Below, in pieces: positions 1 through 7,900 of a DNA stretch of 39,985 nucleotides. Position numbers and translations under genes: made by a program. Position 1 is the stretch's first letter, and every line of letters begins with the position of its first letter. The stretch is from positions 1 to 39,985 of IMG/VR virus record IMGVR_UViG_3300044723_005541; one strand, 5' to 3'. The DNA is from a virus (lineage: Duplodnaviria > Caudoviricetes). The notes under the pieces are model-generated. The model ran no database searches, was not told where the DNA came from, and saw only the letters and a program-made list of their open reading frames with translations.

Positions 1-1157
1 GAATAACGACTCTTCACTTTCTTATAACAAGCATCTTTTTCACCTGCTGCTTCTTTGGTTAGATAACCTGCAGCAGCATCCATATTGTGCTCGGTGTCAG
101 TAATCTTTGCTTGCATCCATGCAGGGAGATTCTTCTCTTTCTTACCGAGTTTCTTCTTCAGTTCTTTGACATCTCTCTCAACACTGCTCAACTGAGATTG
201 CGCCATTGAAACTTCGTGATCCTTTTCTTCATTTTTAATACCACCAACTCTGTCAACTACACGACCGATTGCACGACCAATCTTGTCACGCTTACGCTCT
301 TTGGGTTTGGGTGCAGGTGCAGATTTCTTACCCTGACGCTTGGCATAATCCATGTAGGACTCACCCTTCTTCAACTTCTTGGGGTCTTCCTTGGGTTTAG
401 ACTTCTCAGCACGATCTTCACGAGCACGCTGGTTAGCACCAGGACCACCCAGTTTCTTATCCTTCTCAGGATCTGGATGCCAGAAGTCACCACGCTCTAG
501 GATAGTTTCTTCAGTTGCCACGTTTTTCGCTTTCCCCTTTCTATCTGGATTGGGATCTTCAGAATTCTTTCTACGGAATGCTGCGTCCTCTTCGCCTTTA
601 TTTAGGTCACGCTTCATTTTACTAGACCCGCACTTGGGTTTAGTTGTTTGTCCAGGTTGTTTTGCACAGGGTTTTCCTGCGTATTTACCGCCCAGTTGTA
701 CCCAACCAGGGGTGCCATCAGAAGCGCGACTCTTGCTAAACCAGTCACGCAAAGAAGAATCACCACTTTTGTTCCCCTCTTCGACTTTTTTCCTTTCGGG
801 GAGTTTGTCATGTTTTGTTTTAGCATACTTTTTCACGTCGCCCTTGGACATGGAGGATGCAGCTTTGGAAACCTCAGGCGACGGGGAATCCATCTCGCCC
901 TTTTGAGCCGCCCTAACCATCCCGAAGAATCTTTGTTGCGCTTTTGATTTTGCTCGCTCATAGATATCGTAGTATGTCGGCGGCATTTTTTGCATTTCTC
1001 CCATCGCCATTTTGTTTGCAGTTTTGTGCATGACCTCTTTGGAACGACTCCCATAGAGTTTGTTCCACCGATGTCTGCCCTTCATCATTCCCCTAATGTA
1101 CTTCTTAGCGGTTTGATTTACAGCAGGTGGAATATCAGATTGAAATCCACCTGCCAT
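1..1157 (-). CDS. Lys/Arg-rich multi-module protein, 3'-truncated (>=385 aa); putative capsid-internal polyprotein with a DUF3008-like module
   Basis: Hand translation from the ATG at 1157-1155 (1 nt after the stop of the 178-aa gene) is open to the window edge: MAGGFQSDIPPAVNQTAKKYIRGMMKG...YERAKSKAQQRFFGMVRAAQKGE...KDACYKKVKSRY. It is probably absent from the ORF track because it has no stop in the window. The product call is inference. Confidence 0.85.
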   Translation of the reverse strand, partial: MAGGFQSDIPPAVNQTAKKYIRGMMKGRHRWNKLYGSRSKEVMHKTANKMAMGEMQKMPPTYYDIYERAKSKAQQRFFGMVRAAQKGEMDSPSPEVSKAASSMSKGDVKKYAKTKHDKLPERKKVEEGNKSGDSSLRDWFSKSRASDGTPGWVQLGGKYAGKPCAKQPGQTTKPKCGSSKMKRDLNKGEEDAAFRRKNSEDPNPDRKGKAKNVATEETILERGDFWHPDPEKDKKLGGPGANQRAREDRAEKSKPKEDPKKLKKGESYMDYAKRQGKKSAPAPKPKERKRDKIGRAIGRVVDRVGGIKNEEKDHEVSMAQSQLSSVERDVKELKKKLGKKEKNLPAWMQAKITDTEHNMDAAAGYLTKEAAGEKDACYKKVKSRY

Positions 1158-1158
1158 A

Positions 1159-1695
1159 TCAACCTCCGACTACTTGTACTTCTTCTAGAACAACTGCATT
1201 ATCAGTTACTGCAACCTTTATGCATCGTTTGACGATTGCTTGTGGTCCACTATAAGCATATGTGTAATCTGCAGCAGCAGCAGAAGAGTCCACATTAGTT
1301 GTAATCGTGCTACCAGTAGCTGCTGTGATCGTTTTCCCAGCGGTGCCAGCAGATAAGAATTCACTGCCAATAGCAGGGGAAGTTGCAGCATCGACAACAG
1401 CAATAAAGTCTCCTACTGAGAATGGATGAGTGTTACTGGTCTCTCCAAGATTTGTACCGAGTGTATATACTGTAGTTGCAGAATCTGTTGCTTTTACAAC
1501 TCTTGCTTGACCAGGTTTTCCACCTTTCAGCAAAAGTGCTTGGTCTTGAACAATAGTGATTGCAGGACCATCATTGAATGCGATGGTAGCATCGCCTGCA
1601 GTTGCAACTACACGATAGTATCCAGTTTCAACAACTTGATACTCTGTAGCTCCAGCAGCAACTGCGTTAGTGCTTAAAACATTTAATACTGTCAT
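1159..1695 (-). CDS. hypothetical protein, probably virion structural (Ala/Thr/Val-rich, beta-strand-like)
   Basis: 178-aa ORF tightly packed between gp16 and the next gene, with a late-promoter motif just upstream (1719-1726). Confidence 0.75.
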   Translation of the reverse strand: MTVLNVLSTNAVAAGATEYQVVETGYYRVVATAGDATIAFNDGPAITIVQDQALLLKGGKPGQARVVKATDSATTVYTLGTNLGETSNTHPFSVGDFIAVVDAATSPAIGSEFLSAGTAGKTITAATGSTITTNVDSSAAAADYTYAYSGPQAIVKRCIKVAVTDNAVVLEEVQVVGG

Positions 1696-1701
1696 GTCGT
1701 G

Positions 1702-2133
1702 TTATTTCGAGTCAGTATTATTTATCTCCTTTTGCTTCTTTAGCATTTTTTGGAGGTCCGCAGTACTGCCAATAAACATCGTGTTATTAACAGTAGACGG
1801 TCCCGACTTTTTATCTTCGGCATCTAGTTCTTTCATTTTCTTTTGCAAGTCAATCAACTTGTCAGCAGTATCCGCTACGTTCTTAATAAGTTGACCTGCA
1901 ACTTCATAAGCACGAGGATGATCTGACGCTCGTGCCACATCAAGTATGCCATCTACTGCCTCCTGTCCTTTCATTACTAAGTTATGAAGTTGAGCACGGG
2001 TAGTCTCATAATCCTGCTTCACATCAGGAGTATCTGTTTTCTTAAGTTCAGGTTTCACTTTTTCAACATGCTTTTGGAGTTCAGAAGGTTCTGCACCAAA
2101 AGCATCATTTAGTCCATCAAAAGGATTTGCCAT
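1702..2133 (-). CDS. gp16: terminase small subunit (T4 gp16-like)
   Basis: 143 aa with DYETTRAQLHNLVMKGQEAVDGILDVARASDHPRAYEVAGQLIK and a C-terminal TVNNTMFIGSTADLQKML, typical of cyanophage gp16. It sits directly after gp15. Confidence 0.92.
   Translation of the reverse strand: MANPFDGLNDAFGAEPSELQKHVEKVKPELKKTDTPDVKQDYETTRAQLHNLVMKGQEAVDGILDVARASDHPRAYEVAGQLIKNVADTADKLIDLQKKMKELDAEDKKSGPSTVNNTMFIGSTADLQKMLKKQKEINNTDSK
1719..1726 (-). promoter_or_regulatory. T4-type late promoter (GATAAATA) inside the 3' end of gp16
   Basis: Plus-strand tatttatc = minus GATAAATA, matching the T4-like late consensus (T4 TATAAATA; cyanophage NATAAATA). It lies about 24 nt upstream of the ATG at 1695. Confidence 0.65.
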
Positions 2134-2135
2134 AT

Positions 2136-2921
2136 TTAAATTGCCTCATCAACACCGCTGGTAGGATTACGTTTCTTATTATCAGTGAAGTCTTGATCAA
2201 CAACACCAAATCCGAAGTCGTCGTCTGCATCCGCTGAGACTGGATCGGGTTGGATAGTGTAACGAACTTCTCTTGGTGCCGATGCAGTATCGACTTTTGT
2301 ATACATGTCGGTGATAACCTTTTTGATGGTCTTCGCATCGGTGACGGGACCATACAAGTATGTCTTGACAGTAAACTGAAGTGTATAAATGATTGCTCTA
2401 CGTGAAGAAAAATCACCTTCGTAAGTATCCTCATAGTCCACATTAGTAAGAACTACAGGAACATCCTTTGTCTCATCGACATCAGGAACCAACTTTACCG
2501 ATAGGTTGTAATGAGGTTGAAAGAAAGGAAGAATCTGCTCAAGAATCTGCATACCATCTTCTTGATTCTTAGAAATGATTGCTAGTTCAAATGAGAGATT
2601 GTATGGAACGGGCATAAACACGTTCTTGTTCTCATCTACATCCTTTGCAAACTTAATCTTTTGTGTAGGCGATACTTTCCTACTAGGATCATACTGAATT
2701 CCATTGATCTCAAACGAGATTCTAGGAAGAGTGATCTGCACTCTTTTATTTGTAGGATCTGGATTTTGATCCAGACGTGCCAGAAACTTCTGCTTTGGAC
2801 CATATGCCAAAGGAACTTTCATGACTTCGTTAGTACGACGAAGTTCAATATTGTTGAACAGCGTACCAAACGCTACAACCGTTCTTCTAAAAATCTCGTG
2901 ATATGAATATGTGCCTAACAT
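2136..2921 (-). CDS. gp15: tail sheath stabilizer / completion protein (T4 gp15-like)
   Basis: MLGTYSYHEIFRRTVVAFGTLFNNI...KVPLAYGPKQKFLARL...LPRISFE...QILEQILPFFQP motifs; synteny gp13-14-15-16; start overlaps the gp14 stop (TGATG). Confidence 0.93.
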   Translation of the reverse strand: MLGTYSYHEIFRRTVVAFGTLFNNIELRRTNEVMKVPLAYGPKQKFLARLDQNPDPTNKRVQITLPRISFEINGIQYDPSRKVSPTQKIKFAKDVDENKNVFMPVPYNLSFELAIISKNQEDGMQILEQILPFFQPHYNLSVKLVPDVDETKDVPVVLTNVDYEDTYEGDFSSRRAIIYTLQFTVKTYLYGPVTDAKTIKKVITDMYTKVDTASAPREVRYTIQPDPVSADADDDFGFGVVDQDFTDNKKRNPTSGVDEAI

Positions 2922-4093
2922 CAGATTGTCGTGTCAGTTGTGGAACCAATAGAACCGAATGGATTAGATTCGGTAAAGTCAATAATATCGTCGTCCTGAG
3001 TCTCGAACGAGTAGTTTTGATCAATACTGTCAGCAGTATTAACGTTATTTAGTGTGTTATACGTTTCGGGACTCCAGAGAGCACCTGAAGTTAGACCCTT
3101 CACTGTTTCAGCAGTGTTGAATGTTCCTGTTCTGTTGATGACTTGAAGTTCTCTTGTACCAGAGTTCCAGGACTTAACTTCTGCTCTGGAGTCTTTTGGT
3201 GAGTAGTCAATCGCCACAGTTGGTGCAGTAGTATAACCAGTCCCGCCAGCTGTGATAGTAATGCCAGTGACAATACCAGCAGAACTGACTGTAGCAGTCG
3301 CCGTTGCCCCATTTCCACCTCCTCCTGTAATGGTAACTGTAGGAGGTAGAGCAGACTTGTAATGCTCACCGCCATCTGTAACTGTGATTGCACTAACAGC
3401 ATCGCCTGTTATGGTTGCAGTTGATGTGGCACGATAAAGGTCACCAACGATTTCCTCACCGACTGTAAAGTCGCCAGTGCCGCCAGCATCCATAACCAAC
3501 TTAATAGCATTGGCGAAGGTAGTTTCGATAGCATCAATCGCTGCAACACCAGTGTCAAGTTCTTCATCACTATATTCAAAGAGTTCGCACTGACATTCCC
3601 AAACATATCCTTTACCCAACTGATAAAATGGGCGTTCTGCTTCTACAAATGATATTTCAAAAAGATGCTTTGTTGTTGGGAACCAAATCAAATCTCCTTC
3701 ATTGGGACGACCCTCTACATTTAATACTGCATTATCATCTACTTTTTCTGTAAACTTCTTACGAGAAAATACAAACGTGGTCTTGTCTTCAATCCTAACA
3801 CCAAACTTACTAAGAAGTTCTCCTTGACCTTCCCACCCTTCTACATTATTAACATATGCTCTAACTGATAGTGCTTGTGTAAATGAACTACTTTCTACCT
3901 CATTTAAGATAGTATCTCGATTTACATAAGTTCTAGGCAAATAGTAAATATCCTGACCGTAGAGTTCAATACTCTCTACAATCAAGTTCTCCATAAAAGT
4001 CTGCTCTTGTGCAGATCCATTAAGATTCAGTCTACACGAAGATGCATAGTTTGACTGAATACAATTTTCTGGGGGATCGTTTCTATAAGTCAT
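2921..4093 (-). CDS. gp14: neck protein (T4 gp14-like) with a Gly/Thr-rich internal insertion
   Basis: ENLIVESIELYGQDIYYLPR, LSKFG, RPNEGDLIWFP, FEISFVE, PFYQLGK and a C-terminal IIDFTESNPFG are gp14 hallmarks. Confidence 0.92.
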   Translation of the reverse strand: MTYRNDPPENCIQSNYASSCRLNLNGSAQEQTFMENLIVESIELYGQDIYYLPRTYVNRDTILNEVESSSFTQALSVRAYVNNVEGWEGQGELLSKFGVRIEDKTTFVFSRKKFTEKVDDNAVLNVEGRPNEGDLIWFPTTKHLFEISFVEAERPFYQLGKGYVWECQCELFEYSDEELDTGVAAIDAIETTFANAIKLVMDAGGTGDFTVGEEIVGDLYRATSTATITGDAVSAITVTDGGEHYKSALPPTVTITGGGGNGATATATVSSAGIVTGITITAGGTGYTTAPTVAIDYSPKDSRAEVKSWNSGTRELQVINRTGTFNTAETVKGLTSGALWSPETYNTLNNVNTADSIDQNYSFETQDDDIIDFTESNPFGSIGSTTDTTI

Positions 4094-4094
4094 A

Positions 4095-4901
4095 TCAACC
4101 GATTAAATCCATTGGAGGGAGTTCATAATCTTTGCGAATCTGCTCTTCAAGGTCTTTCTTGAACTGACTTGCATCTTCAAGAATGCGACGACCATTTAGG
4201 GTTACACCACCAAGCATTTGAACGCCATCATACTTACTTAAGTTACGACCCCATTGCTGTTGGAAGAGTGCTTCAACATAATCTTTTAACCAAGCATCGT
4301 TATACATCGCGGTATATGTATCAGGATCTTGACGCATGATAACTTCAACAACAATGTAATCACCTGCTTGCAACTCCTTCCAGTCAAAATCAAGATAAAG
4401 TTTTCCTTGATATTCATTGAATCTAACTCTACGATTCATAGAAGAGTTGGTTACAAAGTCTAGAGTCTCAAGATATTGAGATGTCATGAAGTAATGCAGA
4501 ATGTGTCCATGCGTCATCGCATAGATATCATTCAAGAAGATTTGATACTTGATATTGAAGATATTGCCAGGTGTCACGCTAGATGCGCCAATCTGACTAT
4601 AAACATGATTGACTGCTAACACACCAGGAGGAAGAGAAACATACTCGTTTCCTTCATACCAGTCAGTTGCTCCCAGCTGCGTTGTTGTCTTTGCAGCAGT
4701 TGTAATAGCATCAGTTACTTGAATCTTGATAAATGCCTTATAACTTCCGTTGTAGGCAAACTCTTGAAAGTAATCGATTGCTTCTTCAATCAGGTCATCC
4801 AGTTGCTCGTCACATACATTGATGTCGATTGCTGGAAAACCTAATCTGCGAAGTGCATAGTTTTTTAACTCTGTTTTAGAAGCGGGTCTGGTAGCTGACA
4901 T
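4095..4901 (-). CDS. gp13: neck protein (T4 gp13-like)
   Basis: PASKTELKNYALRRLGFPAIDINV...WLKDYVEALFQQQWGRNLSKYDGVQMLGGVTLNG and a terminal PPMDLIG. Confidence 0.94.
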   Translation of the reverse strand: MSATRPASKTELKNYALRRLGFPAIDINVCDEQLDDLIEEAIDYFQEFAYNGSYKAFIKIQVTDAITTAAKTTTQLGATDWYEGNEYVSLPPGVLAVNHVYSQIGASSVTPGNIFNIKYQIFLNDIYAMTHGHILHYFMTSQYLETLDFVTNSSMNRRVRFNEYQGKLYLDFDWKELQAGDYIVVEVIMRQDPDTYTAMYNDAWLKDYVEALFQQQWGRNLSKYDGVQMLGGVTLNGRRILEDASQFKKDLEEQIRKDYELPPMDLIG

Positions 4902-4907
4902 TTGTTA

Positions 4908-7900
4908 TCAAGCGAATGAGGAGATTGTAAGGTTAGAAACATCACCTGCAGATACGGTCTCAGTCTTCTTAAAGAATCCATCGACGTTATCGACAGTAAT
5001 CTGATTGGTGCCCACAGCAGTGATAACAGCGGTGGTGCCTGATGTACCGCCAGTGACGGTATCACCAACTGCCATTTCAATAACAGCAGAGACATTAATA
5101 GTTGCATCTGCATTACCAGTAGAGATGGTGATTGTTTCACCAACAGCATATCCAGCACCACTAGCATTGATTGCAACAGCGGTGATGATACCACCAGATG
5201 CAGTGATATCTACTGTCAAACCTATGCCACTGCCACTAGAAGTAGTAGCAACTCCAGTAGCGGTGTTGTATCCAGAACCGCCGACCAGCGTTCCGTTATT
5301 GAGAGCAGTTACATCACCAGGAGTAGGATCGCCAGACAGTGCCAAGGTCAGAGTTGTTGCAGTTGCAAGGTTGTTGAGCATTGCTCTCAGTTGCTCATAT
5401 GCATTGTCAAGTTGTGTCTGAACTCTTGCTTCTGTATAGTACAGGTTTGTGCCTTCAGAAAGGTCACCAGTATCAGCAGCGGCAATACGTGCATCAGCAC
5501 GAGCATTGGTGAAGTACAAATTGGTAGAACCTTCACTCAGATTATCAGTGTCTGCTGCAGCAATACGAGCATCTGCACGTGCATCTGTATAGTACAGGTT
5601 CGTGCCTTCTGTCAGGTTACTAGTGGTATGGTTGCTGATACTAGAAACTGTTCCAGTTACATTACCAGTTACATTACCAGTGACGTTACCTGTAACATCG
5701 CCAGTCAAATCACCAGTAACATTACCAGTTACATTACCCGTGACATTACCAGTCAGGTTGCCAGTTACATCACCAGTCAAATCACCAGTGACATTACCAG
5801 TGACCTGGCCAGTAACGTTACCTGTGAGATTACCAGTAAATCCAGTGTTCGCTGTAATCGTAGTACCCGTGACCGCAGCAGGTGTATTACCACCAACGAT
5901 GCCATCGAGATTACCAGTAACGTTACCTGTAACATTTCCAGTCAAATCACCAGTGACATTACCCGTTACATTACCAGTCAGATTACCTGTAACGTTACCT
6001 GTAACATTACCAATCAGTGCTGCAGTGATTGTACCAGCAGAGAAGTTACCAGAACCGTCACGCAGGACCAGGTTATTTGCCGAGTTAGAGGACGTAGAAG
6101 CGACGTTAATGGTGATATTGCCAGCAACTGCATCACCGTTAGTAATAGTGACGCCAGAGGACGCTGTAGCGGTCACAGAGCGTCTTGCATAAGTGCCTGT
6201 GCCAGTCCTTACTACCAGACCTGTGCCAGTCTGGGCAGCAAGAGCAGTAATATCAGAGTCGTTGAAGACCGTTGTGATAGTTACATCAGCAGATCCATTA
6301 AAGGAGACATTACCATCAACAACACCATCAACAGTGATTGTTCTTGCAGTCTCCAGGGTGGTTGCTGTAGAAGCGTTACCAACCAGAGCAGCAGTGATAG
6401 TTCCTGCAGCAAAGTTACCAGAAGAATCGCGATTAACAACCGTGGTAGGTGTGTTTGCCGAAGCAGTCGTCATGCTATCCAGGAGGTCAACGTTCAGGTT
6501 GTTGACCTTAGTGGTAGATGTGATGATCAGAGGTGTTACACCTTGAGCAACGTTTGATGTGATTTGACCATCAACAGTCAGGGTGCCATCAATGTTGGCA
6601 TTGTTATCAACATCAAGTGCTGTGCCAGACCCAGTAAGATTAAGAGAACCAGCACGAAGAGGAGCATCTGTGCCAGTATGAACTTCGGCGTTGTTAGTTG
6701 CATCGACTAAGAATGAGAACTGGTTGGCGGATCTGTCATATCCGAAGAAGCCCACTTTCGCAGAGCCGTCGTAATAACGGAACTCAACACCACGGTCCTT
6801 ACCGTCGTTAGACGCTGGTGCTGTGTCACCACCCAAAGTAATAATAGGGTCATCGAGAGTTGTGACCGTAGAGTTAACAGTAGTTGTTGTTCCATTAACA
6901 ATCAGGTTCCCACCGACAGTAAGTGTATTATGTAAAGTTGCATCACCAGTGCTTACATCAACATAGAATGCATCTCTAGAGTTTGCATCATCCCAAACGT
7001 GGAAGTCGCCACCAACCCATGCATTCTTAGTAACTCTTGCACCACCATCAACGGTAAGAGCAACAGAGTTATCAGCGAATGTTGTAGCATCAGAAGTATT
7101 GGTAATCGAAACGCGACCGCTAAATCCAGTGTTACCAGACTGAGTAGTTGCACCAGAGATTTCAAAGTCTCCGTAGACGCGCATATTGCCGCCAACAGCG
7201 AGGTTTCTTTGAACACCAACACCACCAGTAATACGAACTGCACCATCAGCACCGTAGAGACCTGTCAGAGTTTGATCAGTATTTCTTGTGAAGGTAACAA
7301 CATCAGAGACGCCCAGGGTATCGTTGATCTGAGTTGCATCACCAACAGTAAGAGTGCCAATGATATTTGTATTGCCGTTATCTGCATCAACACCAAACTT
7401 CTCAACAGCAGAACCATTTCTAATCGAGAAGACTTCGTTAGCAGCATCAATAATCAGAGAATCGTTGATAGTTGTCTGACCCTGAACAACCAGAGTACCA
7501 TCAGTTGCAACATTACCAGATGCAGAAGCAACAGTGAACTTGTCTGTAGTGCCAGTTCTAACTGCAAAGTCAGCATCAACATCAACAGTGCCATTAAATT
7601 CTGAGTTACCTTGAACTAAAAGTGTCTGGTCGAAGGTAACTGCATTGCTAACGTCAAGAGTATTGGTGATTTCAGTTGCACCATTGACATCTAAAGTGCC
7701 TTCAATATTAGTATTGCCAGTTAAGTTATCAACAAAGAACTTATCAGTTGTACCGTTTCTAACAGCGAAGTCTGCATCAACATCGACCGTGCCATTAAAC
7801 TCGGAGTTACCAGCAACGTCGAGTGTGCCTTGAATATCGGTGTTACCAGATGCACCAAGGACAGAGAACTTAACAGTGTCTCCATTGTCCTCCTTACCAA

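Noticed and set aside
216-1232. Short ORFs listed in the track in this region (both strands)
   Set aside because: They are antisense or out-of-frame shadows of the long open minus-strand frame starting at 1157.
5652-6012. Possible CRISPR array or iteron-like repeats
   Set aside because: The units are 12-bp in-frame coding repeats with wobble variation and no unique spacers.
5391-6557. Plus-strand ORFs with PVTLPVT / ITSNIT repeats, and other long plus-strand ORFs across the window
   Set aside because: They are antisense read-outs of repetitive minus-strand genes, with no independent start or promoter signals.
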